Shown: positions 47,742 to 58,500 of the stretch, in pieces
Position numbering within the stretch: position 1 is the first letter of the stretch
Layout: each line of letters begins with the position of its first letter
Virus record (IMG/VR): IMGVR_UViG_3300029374_000001
Span: 96,001 to 160,000 of that record
Reading direction: 5' to 3' (one strand)
DNA length: 64,000 nucleotides
DNA from: a virus
Notes under the pieces: generated by a model
What the model was told of the DNA's origin: nothing
The model's input: the letters and a program-made list of their open reading frames with translations, nothing else
Databases searched by the model: none
Position numbers and translations under genes: made by a program

Positions 47742-48647
47742 TTATTTCAATGAACTAATATATGCGTCGATAACAGATTCATCGATCTTTACTAAACCAA
47801 GTACGTTGGCAGTTTCCATAACTGTATAGATAGATGCAGTATCATCAATGATCTTATCCATATTAACGTCACCAGATTCTAAGAGATATTTGTCTTTCAG
47901 ATCTGGATTGGTCATAGCTGCATTGGTAAGAGCTGTAACCATAGCTTCAAATATGGACATTGGAGCATTTTTAATACGGGATACTTGAAGCTTAGCATTT
48001 TCTTGTGCTGTCTTAGCATCCTTTTCTGTCGTATCTTTCTTACCTACAAAGTCTTTAACGTTTGTATAGATCTTCTTAATACGATCTGTTGCATTGTTTC
48101 TAGCATCTATAAAATTGGTTGTTGCTTTTTCTACACGGTCAGCAATATTCTGACGAATCTTATCTGGAGTCAGTTTAGCAATATCGTGATCCAGATTCTT
48201 CATCAAATTATCTGTAATGGTAGATTCTACAGCTTCATTGTATCCTTTAATCTTATTCAGATTAGCATACTGAAGTCTTGCTTCTGAGATATATTTGTCC
48301 ATCAGATATTGATAAGTTGCTTCTATATAAGTAGCCGGTTTGATTGGCTTATTATGTAATTCGTTCCTTTTCTTTTCTACTAATTCGTTGATGAATGCTG
48401 TACCAACTTTCTTGGATTCTTCCCCAAGTCTGAGTTTATCTGCAGCAGCTTCAAAGTTTTTATAAAGAGCTTCTTTGGTTAATGCTGCATCTCTATCAGA
48501 TTCTGTAGGAATATATTTTGCAATACGGTTAGCATCTGCCGATGGAGCATTTACCATCTCAGGAGAATTCGGATCCATACCAGCCATAAGTTTGCTGTCC
48601 TGAGCATTGATCTTTTTCATTGTATCAATTGTTTTTGTCAGATTCAT
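47742..48647 (-). CDS. hypothetical alpha-helical protein (301 aa)
   Basis: ORF, the last gene of a three-gene minus-strand operon. Confidence 0.5.
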   Translation of the reverse strand: MNLTKTIDTMKKINAQDSKLMAGMDPNSPEMVNAPSADANRIAKYIPTESDRDAALTKEALYKNFEAAADKLRLGEESKKVGTAFINELVEKKRNELHNKPIKPATYIEATYQYLMDKYISEARLQYANLNKIKGYNEAVESTITDNLMKNLDHDIAKLTPDKIRQNIADRVEKATTNFIDARNNATDRIKKIYTNVKDFVGKKDTTEKDAKTAQENAKLQVSRIKNAPMSIFEAMVTALTNAAMTNPDLKDKYLLESGDVNMDKIIDDTASIYTVMETANVLGLVKIDESVIDAYISSLK

Positions 48648-48668
48648 AGTCTTATATTCTCCTTTCTT

Positions 48669-49751
48669 TTAGAATAATGATGGCTGTCCATCTAAATCGC
48701 TCGGATTATCAACTTCATCTTTAGTAATCTTCAGTTTAGAATCTTTTTCAAGCTGTTTATATACATTCTTCTGAGCTGGTACATATTTAACAGCCAACAT
48801 ATCGGCCATTTTACCCATACGATTAGCCCATTTTCTCTGGTTATCGGCAACTTCTTTATAGTCAACTTCTCCAGTATTTCTCATAGAACGAAGACGAATT
48901 TCGTTGGCCTTAAGAAGTTCTTCCTGTACAGAGAACCAGTCAGACAGATGAGCTCTGAAAGAATAGAAGAGATAAGAAAGATCTCTAAGGATTGGGAGTA
49001 CAACCATAGCTACAATTCCAACCAGTCCTACGATAGCCATAGAACCAATAGTAACAGTTGTATTCCATACACCAGTTCCGATATCTTTTGCTACATCTCC
49101 AATACCTTCCTGTACATTAACCATCTCATAAGATTCGTGTCTTGTTTTAGCTGTAACAAGAGCTTTGAATGCTTTATCGATCTGGCCTTTATCAACAGCA
49201 GCATTGAATTTAACCAATTCAGAGTGAACCAAATAGAATTTGGTTTTATAAGTCTGTAAGTTGGTAATTTCTAATCCTACTGTAGAATTCGGATTCTTAA
49301 TGAACTCTACACATACGGTTGTCATAAACCCAATATCAGCAATAATGGCCAGAAGAATAGTGTCATAGAAGTATTTAACCAGTGGCACATTATTTCTGAA
49401 TGCAGAAGTAAATAAAGGTCTAAGCTCTTCTACATTCTTCATAGCTCTGGCAATTTCATTGGTTTCTTCAATGCCATTACCACTTTCCTGAGCAATCATA
49501 ACCAATGTTTCAATACATTCTTTGGTCTGTTTATAATTCTTCATTCTGGTGACGTCTCCACCAGATCTTTCAATTTCCTTGAAATCCATATCTTCGAGTT
49601 TATTGGTGATCATTTTATAAAGCCGATTAGCCAGAATAACAATGGCATTCTTTTGTTCAGCTTCATTAAATGAATGAACTGTTTTGAATACTTCCAAGTC
49701 ATGCATATCCAATGCTTCATTGAAAATTTCAAGAACTCCAGTCTTTAACAT
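48669..49751 (-). CDS. hypothetical protein with a C-terminal transmembrane segment (360 aa)
   Basis: ORF with the hydrophobic stretch VTIGSMAIVGLVGIVAMVVLPIL near the C-terminus. Confidence 0.5.
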   Translation of the reverse strand: MLKTGVLEIFNEALDMHDLEVFKTVHSFNEAEQKNAIVILANRLYKMITNKLEDMDFKEIERSGGDVTRMKNYKQTKECIETLVMIAQESGNGIEETNEIARAMKNVEELRPLFTSAFRNNVPLVKYFYDTILLAIIADIGFMTTVCVEFIKNPNSTVGLEITNLQTYKTKFYLVHSELVKFNAAVDKGQIDKAFKALVTAKTRHESYEMVNVQEGIGDVAKDIGTGVWNTTVTIGSMAIVGLVGIVAMVVLPILRDLSYLFYSFRAHLSDWFSVQEELLKANEIRLRSMRNTGEVDYKEVADNQRKWANRMGKMADMLAVKYVPAQKNVYKQLEKDSKLKITKDEVDNPSDLDGQPSLF

Positions 49752-49763
49752 CGGAAATCCTCC

Positions 49764-51119
49764 TTATCTATTAACCATCAGGTTAATAAGTTTCTTATAT
49801 TGACTCTTATCTTCTCTTTCCAAAGAAGTATAGGATAATACTTCAAAGTTTGTTGAATTGTCATCAAACAACATCTTTACTTTTTCTGTAACATCGTCCG
49901 CAATGATGAATCCCAAGCAGCTGTATTCACTCATAACATTCAGCATGTTATAAGGTCTGCATCTGAAGTTATAATCTTTTTCCAACAGATTTTCTGTATC
50001 AGAAGAAATAAGAAGTGTGGCAATAGCTGTACCAGAACCATTAGCAGAATCAAAGAACCGATTCTTTTTATTAACAATAGCTCTACGTTCAAGCATCTTC
50101 CAAAGAGGAGTTGAAGAGTTTCTATTGCTGAATGTATCTAATTTTGCTCTATCTACAGCAAACATGAAATCTTTAATCATAGAGAGTTCACCAGTTGTAG
50201 CTCTTAACAGACTAAAGATAACGTTGTTATCTCCATTCTTCATGATGATACGATCTGCCATATCGGCCTGAGATACATAGACCAATTTAGCCTTTACACC
50301 AATAACTGCATCTCCAGCACTCTTTTCATCTTCTCCAGAACGGAAATGAATAATCAGAAGTGACGGAACTGCTTCATTAGATTTTTTAAGTTCTTGATTA
50401 AATTCCTGATCCTGGATTTTAGCACTACCAACATATTGAGCTTCTCTTCCAGATGAAGAAGAAGATCCTTTATTTTTCATTGATTTTTTTAAATCATCGA
50501 TTTTTTGCTGAGAAGATCTAAATCCAGTATGCATTGAATTTGGAGCCATAACTGGTCTATGAAAATCTATAAGATCTTGAGCTGTTGCTCTGCCTTTATA
50601 TACAAACTTTTCTTCTAATGCTGGTTCTAATTCAGAATCCAAATAAATTCCATTGTGCTTCATAGACTCGGTCAAAGCTTTATTGATTGCTTCGATATCA
50701 AGTTCAGCACTCATTCCATCGGCAGATTCTTTATAAGGTCTGCTATCCATTTTATTAATAAAAGAAAGAATGTCATCAGAGGTCAAGTTCTTATGAACTT
50801 TACCGATAAAATCAAAGGCATCCTTGTTATTGCTAATATTAATAGCAGAAAAAAGCATTTGCAGAAGCCCGACCATCTTTCTTTCTACAGCTTTGGCAAC
50901 CATAGATGCAGTTGAAAGAGGAACAGACTCATCTACAATAATTGGAAATGTAAGTACAAGATTAGAAGTCGCTTTAGTAATGCTGGAGAAATATCTGGAG
51001 TTCTTAGCAGTCAGAAAGTTTTTGCCAGCTATATTATCTAATCCACCATCGCCAATCAAGTCAACGATATCCTTAATTACACCTTCATGGATACCATTAG
51101 TATTCTTGAGTTGTATCAT
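49764..51119 (-). CDS. hypothetical protein (451 aa)
   Basis: ORF with SD GGAGGTTTTATA-ATG. Its upstream region contains a cluster of TAGATTAC-type repeats. Confidence 0.5.
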   Translation of the reverse strand: MIQLKNTNGIHEGVIKDIVDLIGDGGLDNIAGKNFLTAKNSRYFSSITKATSNLVLTFPIIVDESVPLSTASMVAKAVERKMVGLLQMLFSAINISNNKDAFDFIGKVHKNLTSDDILSFINKMDSRPYKESADGMSAELDIEAINKALTESMKHNGIYLDSELEPALEEKFVYKGRATAQDLIDFHRPVMAPNSMHTGFRSSQQKIDDLKKSMKNKGSSSSSGREAQYVGSAKIQDQEFNQELKKSNEAVPSLLIIHFRSGEDEKSAGDAVIGVKAKLVYVSQADMADRIIMKNGDNNVIFSLLRATTGELSMIKDFMFAVDRAKLDTFSNRNSSTPLWKMLERRAIVNKKNRFFDSANGSGTAIATLLISSDTENLLEKDYNFRCRPYNMLNVMSEYSCLGFIIADDVTEKVKMLFDDNSTNFEVLSYTSLEREDKSQYKKLINLMVNR

Positions 51120-51179
51120 TATAAAACCTCCTATGTATATTGATTTACTTAGATGTCAAAAACAAAAAATAAATACCCT

Positions 51180-51273
51180 CTAAAGATTACCGACAGTATT
51201 TAATCTAATGTAAATTCGATCAAATACCATAAATGCACTTAATAGATTACCTTAGTACACCGGTAATCTTTAG
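51180..51273. repeat. 13-bp inverted repeat CTAAAGATTACCG / CGGTAATCTTTAG separated by 68 nt, with additional (A/T)AGATTA(C/T) direct repeats
   Basis: The arms lie at 51180..51192 and 51261..51273. AATAGATTACC is at 51241 and TAATAGATTAT at 51301. Confidence 0.6.
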
Positions 51274-51317
51274 CTTTTATAAAATAATCTGATGAATCTC
51301 TAATAGATTATTTTATC

Positions 51318-51608
51318 TTATAAATCCTTCGAATTCTTAACAAATGTTATGGCATCGATGAGTTTACGATTTATTTTTACATCACCCTCAATAGCAGTGA
51401 CTTTCTGATCTAATTGATCTATTCGTTTATTCATATCATTTATAACTCCATAAGAATATTGAAATTCTTTGCTTGTATCGTCAACAATTGCTTGAACGAT
51501 ACCTAGTATATCGTTTGTCAATTCAGATGGATTTTGATTTGCTTTTTCTAACAATTTTTGTTCAATTTTTCCTTCCCAGTTATACACATAAGGAACTACG
51601 ACTTTCAT
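51318..51608 (-). CDS. hypothetical small coiled-coil protein (96 aa)
   Basis: ORF with SD AGGAGG(TTTATTAAGT)ATG. Confidence 0.5.
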   Translation of the reverse strand: MKVVVPYVYNWEGKIEQKLLEKANQNPSELTNDILGIVQAIVDDTSKEFQYSYGVINDMNKRIDQLDQKVTAIEGDVKINRKLIDAITFVKNSKDL

Positions 51609-51715
51609 ACTTAATAAACCTCCTTATTATAACTTCAGATCTATAATATATAACTAATGATTCTTTTAATACCACAGGCAAAACATTAAAGTAACATAGA
51701 GGAGGGTCGACATAT

Positions 51716-52948
51716 ATGCCAAACGAAAGACAAGGACAGATCGTCATGAAGCGAGAAAAGAACGCCGATGGACTAACATACAAAGATTCTGATAAAGTAG
51801 TTGAATCATCTAAAAATATTATCGATCCGTTTACGGAAAAACAAACCAATATCATTAATGGTGGAGAACATACTAGCGAATCTCAATTATTATTGAGATT
51901 GTTGCATTCCAATGGAATTTATAGAAGAGAAGATTTTGATGACTTTAATACTTTCTATATATTCCCAAGAAATGATCCCTATCGTATGATGGGCACCACC
52001 AGAGAATATGTCTTTATTACTAAACCAGACTTACATATCTTTGGAACCAGACAAAATCCAAATGATCCTGTTATTAATACAGACATGAATGAACTAAATC
52101 CTGAATTACGATCGATTGTATTTTTCAGAGACTTAATAGAACGAAATTATGGAGATACTGTATTATCTTCATTACAACATGGAGTAGGTCAAAATGGATC
52201 AAAATATATTTCTCCATTTGTTAATTTGCTATCAAATTATAAGACTTCAAACTTAGACCTGTCAAATATCTCTGTTGGGGATGAAGAATCTGCAACCAAT
52301 ATTTATAACACTCGTATGTTTTATAGAAAACCATCAGATAGTGCAGATGAAGATAATGAATTCAATATTGAATTCAAAGATAATCGCTTCTTAGATTGCT
52401 ATCTGTGGTTTAAAGCATATGACCTATATGAACAGATGAAATATCATGGACAAGTTACTCCAACCAATGTAGATTATACGTGGTATAAAGTATTATCTGA
52501 TCAAATGACAGTCTTTAAATTTATTGTAGGAGAAGATGGAGAATCTATTGTATACTGGGCTCAGTTGTGGGGCTGTTATCCTAAATCTGTCCCCAGATCA
52601 TCATTCTCTGATATGCCTACAGATGGTCAAATGAAATTTACTGTAGATTGGAAAGCAACATTCCAACAGGATATGGATCCTGTAAGCATTACCCATTTCA
52701 ATTATATTATAGATGCATCTATGTTGCCTGGTAAACAGTATGCAGAAATTCCGTTGTTTGATTACATGAATGGACGAGTAACAGGAGAATCTGCTTTATT
52801 TCCAAGAATTATAAAAACAACAGGTACTACAATGACGCACACACCATATCTGTTGAAATGGTTTGGAGATCCACAAGATATTATAGAATATCATGATACG
52901 AGTAAACCGAATCTGGAAGTAGAACCAGATCGTCGTATTGGTATTTAA
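51716..52948 (+). CDS. hypothetical protein (410 aa), possibly structural
   Basis: ORF with SD GAGGAGGGTCGACATAT-ATG. It is the first of two coupled plus-strand genes. Confidence 0.55.
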   Translation: MPNERQGQIVMKREKNADGLTYKDSDKVVESSKNIIDPFTEKQTNIINGGEHTSESQLLLRLLHSNGIYRREDFDDFNTFYIFPRNDPYRMMGTTREYVFITKPDLHIFGTRQNPNDPVINTDMNELNPELRSIVFFRDLIERNYGDTVLSSLQHGVGQNGSKYISPFVNLLSNYKTSNLDLSNISVGDEESATNIYNTRMFYRKPSDSADEDNEFNIEFKDNRFLDCYLWFKAYDLYEQMKYHGQVTPTNVDYTWYKVLSDQMTVFKFIVGEDGESIVYWAQLWGCYPKSVPRSSFSDMPTDGQMKFTVDWKATFQQDMDPVSITHFNYIIDASMLPGKQYAEIPLFDYMNGRVTGESALFPRIIKTTGTTMTHTPYLLKWFGDPQDIIEYHDTSKPNLEVEPDRRIGI

Positions 52949-52960
52949 AGGAGGATATAC

Positions 52961-55855
52961 ATGTCAGAATCTCTGATTAATATAAATCCTGCAGATTTGC
53001 AAGATCCAAAAGATTCTATTATTATCAAAGAAGATACAGAGGGTACAGTATCTACTAATATCTATGAACTGGCTAAATTTGTAGATTCTTTGAAAGCAAA
53101 ATATATAGATATTCCGGAAGATACTCTGACAATGGGTATCTTTGGATATATTTCGGAATTAGGCTCTAATATTTTAGAGAATGCGGCTATTATGTCAGCA
53201 GAATATGCAAATGAAGCAATTCCGACCAGAGCAAAGTTTGATCGAAATATTATTTGCCATGCTTTGACATTAGGTATCAATAAGATTAGAGCTACACCAG
53301 CTAAGATGGATGTTTATCTGGGTATTCCAGAAGATAGACTCTTAGAAAATATGGTCAATGATGAGTTCATCATTGATAAGAATTTTGAGATTAAGATTGG
53401 TAATACAGAGAATAACGTTACGTATAATTATCGTCTAGATTATGATATTAAGATCAGACGTAATAAATTACCAAATGGTAAGTTTGTATACACTGCAACT
53501 CATTTAACAGATACGGAATATTCCACTGGAATGGTTGCTACTAATGAAATCTCCGATATAACCAATCCTTATTTACCGGCTATTGGAAATATCAGTATCA
53601 GCAATACCAATATATTACTAATTACTACAACAATCAGGCAATTAGATCATACTGTTATTTCTAAGAAGATTGTTACGACCAATCCATTAGAAAGTAAATC
53701 TATGACTTTTACTTTCAATGATCAGATTTCTTATTTTTATATAGAAGTTGCAGAGCAAACGGAATCTGGAGTTGTTACTCATTATTTGAAGTGCTTGTAT
53801 GATGGATTATATAATACAGAAGATGAATGGGAATATTGTAACTATCAGTATGTGGATGAATCTACCATTCGGGTTACATTCAATAGAGATTCTTATCAGC
53901 CAAGACAGAATGCAGATGTAAGTATTCATGTATACACAACTAAGGGAAGTGAATGTAACTTCGCTTATAAGCAGAATACTGTATTAGATATGGTATCTGA
54001 ACGATATGCATATAATAATATCTACATGGTTGTTATGCCTAACTCTAATTCAGACTATGGTGTAGACAGAAAAACAATGGATGAACTCCATGCTATGATT
54101 CCTAAGCAGATGCTGATGAGAAATAGTATTTCTACTTATACTGATCTGAATAACTTCTTCAACGTATTGAATACAGATACTATTCGACTTTACTTCTTGC
54201 AGAAAGTTCATAATCAATTACAGCGATTATTCTTCTGCTATATGCTGATGAAAGATGAGAATAAGAATATTATTCCTACGAATACAGCAGATGTAAAGAT
54301 TTCCAGAGATATGTTTAACAATATCAATAGAGAAAACTTTATATTACCTGCTGGATCTATTTTCTATTTGAATGGAAGTTCTTCAGAAGCCATTGGTCAA
54401 CATGTAACCAGCGAGATGAGTGATAATAGTACACTGGAAGCTAAAGAAAGTGCTGGATTCTTATATATGAATCCATTCTTAACAGTCATCAATAAAGATC
54501 CATTTGTTCTGAATTACTATCTGAATATTTTGGATTATTCTAAGATGGTTGGGTTTGATTATATCAATGATAAATCAGAACTACAGTTTATCTGTTCCAG
54601 TACATCGACAAATCCAGTGAAAGTTAAGAAACCATTCTATCCTTCTTCAGAAAGAGATACTTATTCTATAGAAGTATTATTGACACAGAATATCTCTACT
54701 GATTTTGGATTGGTTACTACGGATGAAAACGGTCATATTATTAAGAATGATATGAAAGTTATTGGCGTAGTTTATCAGAAAGATATCAATGGTCATTACA
54801 TTCCATTCAGATATATGAATGGTGTATTGGAAGATGGAGATTATGACAATATTAACTATAGTTATACCTATAGATTTAATCTTCATACCAATAACGTAAT
54901 CAATAGAGACATCAAACTCTGTATAGACAAAGGCTTATATTATGCCAATACAACAACGGAAGCCACTACATATCTTCCGAATAATATTAAGTTTAAGATC
55001 TTTGTTTTGGCTAAGTTTGATCAGCAATATGGAGATCTTCAAGCTAATAATGAGGACGAAGATGATATCTCTGCCATTGTTCCGGGATTATCATCTACGG
55101 CTTCTTCTGTTGGATATACGCTGTGTAATATCTATGAGGTTAGTACGGGCTTAGACTTATTCATAGATTATACTAATATGATGGAATCTTATGTAGACTT
55201 GTCCAAAGCCTCTAATGGTGATTTAGACTTCCATGTAAAACGTATGCCTTTGGTTAGACATGGTTATTTCTGGGATTATGGTAAGAAGTCTTCTACTAAT
55301 ACTGCAGAAAATAGGTCGCCTTCTGGCTTACAGGAAAGAGTATCTACGTTTATTAAAGTATTAAATTATAGAAGATTATATATTCAGTCGTCTCTTTTTT
55401 TATTAGAAGATTCGTTTGGTATAGACTTCAAGTTCTTTAATACTTATGGACCATCTAAATTGTATAATGTAAGGTATTTAAATACGGCAGAACCAATAGA
55501 TAGAATTAATATTAGTCTGAAATTTGAAGTTAAGTATCAGACGGCAGCGGATCAGAATTGTAAGAATGATATTATCAACTATATTAAAGAATATATGGAA
55601 AATATCAACTATATCTCCGATCTTCATATGCCTAACTTAATTACAGCTATTAAGAATAAATTCTATAAACAGATTGTCTATATTAAGTTTGTAGGATTGA
55701 ATAACTATGGCTATATGTATCAGAGTATATATAAGAATACAGAGAAAGATGATTATACATACTCAACCACTGTACCTGAGTTTATTTCTATCAATATTAC
55801 TAAAGATACACTTGGTAATGATATCCCAGATATTCAGATTGAAGCAGCTGATTAA
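52961..55855 (+). CDS. large hypothetical protein (964 aa), possibly structural
   Basis: ORF with SD AAAGGAGGATATAC-ATG. It ends at a bidirectional terminator. Confidence 0.55.
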   Translation: MSESLININPADLQDPKDSIIIKEDTEGTVSTNIYELAKFVDSLKAKYIDIPEDTLTMGIFGYISELGSNILENAAIMSAEYANEAIPTRAKFDRNIICHALTLGINKIRATPAKMDVYLGIPEDRLLENMVNDEFIIDKNFEIKIGNTENNVTYNYRLDYDIKIRRNKLPNGKFVYTATHLTDTEYSTGMVATNEISDITNPYLPAIGNISISNTNILLITTTIRQLDHTVISKKIVTTNPLESKSMTFTFNDQISYFYIEVAEQTESGVVTHYLKCLYDGLYNTEDEWEYCNYQYVDESTIRVTFNRDSYQPRQNADVSIHVYTTKGSECNFAYKQNTVLDMVSERYAYNNIYMVVMPNSNSDYGVDRKTMDELHAMIPKQMLMRNSISTYTDLNNFFNVLNTDTIRLYFLQKVHNQLQRLFFCYMLMKDENKNIIPTNTADVKISRDMFNNINRENFILPAGSIFYLNGSSSEAIGQHVTSEMSDNSTLEAKESAGFLYMNPFLTVINKDPFVLNYYLNILDYSKMVGFDYINDKSELQFICSSTSTNPVKVKKPFYPSSERDTYSIEVLLTQNISTDFGLVTTDENGHIIKNDMKVIGVVYQKDINGHYIPFRYMNGVLEDGDYDNINYSYTYRFNLHTNNVINRDIKLCIDKGLYYANTTTEATTYLPNNIKFKIFVLAKFDQQYGDLQANNEDEDDISAIVPGLSSTASSVGYTLCNIYEVSTGLDLFIDYTNMMESYVDLSKASNGDLDFHVKRMPLVRHGYFWDYGKKSSTNTAENRSPSGLQERVSTFIKVLNYRRLYIQSSLFLLEDSFGIDFKFFNTYGPSKLYNVRYLNTAEPIDRINISLKFEVKYQTAADQNCKNDIINYIKEYMENINYISDLHMPNLITAIKNKFYKQIVYIKFVGLNNYGYMYQSIYKNTEKDDYTYSTTVPEFISINITKDTLGNDIPDIQIEAAD

Positions 55856-55866
55856 ACAAAATAGTT

Positions 55867-55890
55867 CCATGGAGTCATATGACTCCATGG
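55867..55890. terminator. bidirectional hairpin (CCATGGAGTCATATGACTCCATGG)
   Basis: Perfect palindrome between convergent genes, followed by AATTTTTATT. Confidence 0.6.
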
Positions 55891-55898
55891 AATTTTTA

Positions 55899-58448
55899 TT
55901 ATTGATTACGATGGTTTTTTAATCGGGTATAAGAATCCTGGATAGATTGTGCAGAGTCAACAATTTCTCCAAGAGATTTATTGGATAATCCTAGTGGATT
56001 TGAATTATAAGCTTTCAGAATCTTGCTGGAATGATTCATCAATAATTTGATTTCGTTTTGATAAGAGAATTTCTTACCATTCTTAGATTCTTCAGATATC
56101 TTGGCCATATCTAAACGAGTAGAGATAGTAAAGACATCTCCCGAACGAATGAAATAATCGATCTTCTTTGTCAGTAAGAATGTACCATTATTTTGGGAAT
56201 GTGCATCATAATTATTGACTACATATCTCTTGTTAGGAGTTAGTATGGTAGTATCCATATCGGTTTTAGTAACGGATAACATATTGGCATGATTTTCAAT
56301 ATCTGCTTTTAAGTTCTTAACCATATTGGCGTTATCATTACTAAGCCTGACTATCTTAGTTCCTGTGCCTGCAACTTCTCCTTTATCATCTTTGGTCAAA
56401 TTTAGATCTACGTTGAAATTGGATAATCCAAGCATGCCAATCTTAGAAATATCTTTAACCATATTGATGTCTTTTTGGAGATCTTTAATAGAGTTAATAG
56501 AGAAGTCTAATGATTTAATATCATTTTGAATATTCTTAGCAGATTCTACAATCTTATCTAATGATTTCTTAGCCGTTTTACCAATATTAACTAAGCTATC
56601 CCAAGTTCCTGTAATGGTAGACTTGATGTCTGTTTTAAAGTTAGACATTGCTTTGATCTGAGGTTCTATATTAGCTACTAATGAAGAGACGGCTGTATTA
56701 GCAGATTTATAATCAGACAATGTTTTTGCTAGTGATTCTGCTGATTGATCAATACTGTTCTTAGAAGTTCTTGTACTGGCTATCCATCCTGGGAATGGAT
56801 TATCTTCTACTTGTTCTCCTTGTAATCCCATAGCCGTTAAATACTTAGAATAGAATCCAGAAGCTTTTTCCATAATAATAGCACTAGCTTCTGCATAATT
56901 AGATATTTCATAAGCATCATTTACTTTAGGAATCAGATTTTTGTTTACTTCATTACTATGAGAAGCTATACCTGATTTCAGATGAAGTACGTTATCAAAG
57001 ATGGAAGATAAGTTATCTGATAAATTAATTGGAGAAATAGAATTAATCATACTGGTGATAGATGTAGAACCATGCATGACTCCAATTAATTGAGAAGTTG
57101 TCTGCCCATATATTCCCGGAATCTTATCTACAACAGATTTATGTGATTTGATTTTGCCTTTATATTCTATAAGCTTAACGATCCATTCGTCACATTGTTT
57201 ATCGGATATTAGCTTTTCTCCAGGACCATTCTCAGAAGGAAGCGTTAATCCCTTCATATATCTGATTTTGTCTACAGCATAGTCTATATTCTGAGGTACA
57301 GTTGTTGCTGTAGGGACAAAATATGGATTCATAACTCCCGATGCTGCATTGTTTGTATCCACAAAATCTATACCAGCCGGATGATCGATTTGATATTTGA
57401 TAGCATTTACATTATCGATCAATTTTCCTTTATAGTCAGTCAAAGCACTGCTTATAGGTTTAACTTGTTGTGTGGCTTTCTTAACTATTCCGGTTAGTTT
57501 ATCTTTCGCACTATTAATTTCCTGAATAGCTTGGTTAACTGTATCTAAGAAACGTATTGTATTCTTAATTCCAGGATCGATTATAGATTGAATTTCATTG
57601 TACATTTTTTGTGTATCTGTATCTACAGTGTAATAGCTATCATTGACATGGATTCCTATATAATAACATCCTTTTTCAGAATCTTCTGTGATTCCTTCTT
57701 CTATAGATGGCCCTTCATCTACTGGAATGATATCAAATAATACTGTATCGTATAGATCTCCCTCTTTAGGAGTTCCTTCTCCAGAACTGTTCATCAAATA
57801 AACACATCCAGGATCAATATAGAATCTGTATGGTGTGTCATAGAATACTTTGATATCATTTAAGAATTGAATTGTTTTGGATAATGATTCTTGAGGGGGT
57901 ACAATAAGCTGATCAATATTATCATTATAAGTAAATGTATCAATCAGATATGGATATTGCTGTAAGTAATAAGCTACAGCATTCATTCTAGTTGTATTAA
58001 CCAATGTAGTATTGGCTGTTTGTTTATTGGTCTCTATACATTCGCTAAACATTAATCCTATCGTAAATGTCTGTAAGACTTCTTTCTTATTGGGTTCATC
58101 GGTATTTTTATAATCCAATTCTTTATTGTAGTTGATGTCTTGATCGATGAAGTAAGACATCTTACCAGTATATGAAGTTAATTGCTTTAATTTTACTCCT
58201 GTATCATTCTTCTCAGACATCTTATAGATATACATGAACATATGGGCAGTCTTAGCATGTTTAATTACTTTATCCATATAATTCTTATCTATAGTGATAT
58301 CCGCATAGATAACAGGCATATTGGTTTCTTCATAATCATTGATGATGGTCATGTTATTAATATGAGCGTCATCTATTTCGAAGCTATCGTTTGTTCCATT
58401 ATCATCGCTGTCCATCCATTTCATATTAATAGAGTATTCACATCTCAT
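55899..58448 (-). CDS. large hypothetical protein (849 aa), Asn/Ser/Thr-rich
   Basis: ORF with SD AAGGTGAGATAATCAT-ATG. Confidence 0.55.
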   Translation of the reverse strand: MRCEYSINMKWMDSDDNGTNDSFEIDDAHINNMTIINDYEETNMPVIYADITIDKNYMDKVIKHAKTAHMFMYIYKMSEKNDTGVKLKQLTSYTGKMSYFIDQDINYNKELDYKNTDEPNKKEVLQTFTIGLMFSECIETNKQTANTTLVNTTRMNAVAYYLQQYPYLIDTFTYNDNIDQLIVPPQESLSKTIQFLNDIKVFYDTPYRFYIDPGCVYLMNSSGEGTPKEGDLYDTVLFDIIPVDEGPSIEEGITEDSEKGCYYIGIHVNDSYYTVDTDTQKMYNEIQSIIDPGIKNTIRFLDTVNQAIQEINSAKDKLTGIVKKATQQVKPISSALTDYKGKLIDNVNAIKYQIDHPAGIDFVDTNNAASGVMNPYFVPTATTVPQNIDYAVDKIRYMKGLTLPSENGPGEKLISDKQCDEWIVKLIEYKGKIKSHKSVVDKIPGIYGQTTSQLIGVMHGSTSITSMINSISPINLSDNLSSIFDNVLHLKSGIASHSNEVNKNLIPKVNDAYEISNYAEASAIIMEKASGFYSKYLTAMGLQGEQVEDNPFPGWIASTRTSKNSIDQSAESLAKTLSDYKSANTAVSSLVANIEPQIKAMSNFKTDIKSTITGTWDSLVNIGKTAKKSLDKIVESAKNIQNDIKSLDFSINSIKDLQKDINMVKDISKIGMLGLSNFNVDLNLTKDDKGEVAGTGTKIVRLSNDNANMVKNLKADIENHANMLSVTKTDMDTTILTPNKRYVVNNYDAHSQNNGTFLLTKKIDYFIRSGDVFTISTRLDMAKISEESKNGKKFSYQNEIKLLMNHSSKILKAYNSNPLGLSNKSLGEIVDSAQSIQDSYTRLKNHRNQ

Positions 58449-58477
58449 ATGATTATCTCACCTTCTTATACAAAAAA

Positions 58478-58500
58478 TAAATCGTGCATATGCACGATTT
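58478..58500 (-). terminator. hairpin (AAATCGTGCATATGCACGATTT)
   Basis: Perfect palindrome overlapping the stop of the 58499..59653 gene. Confidence 0.45.
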
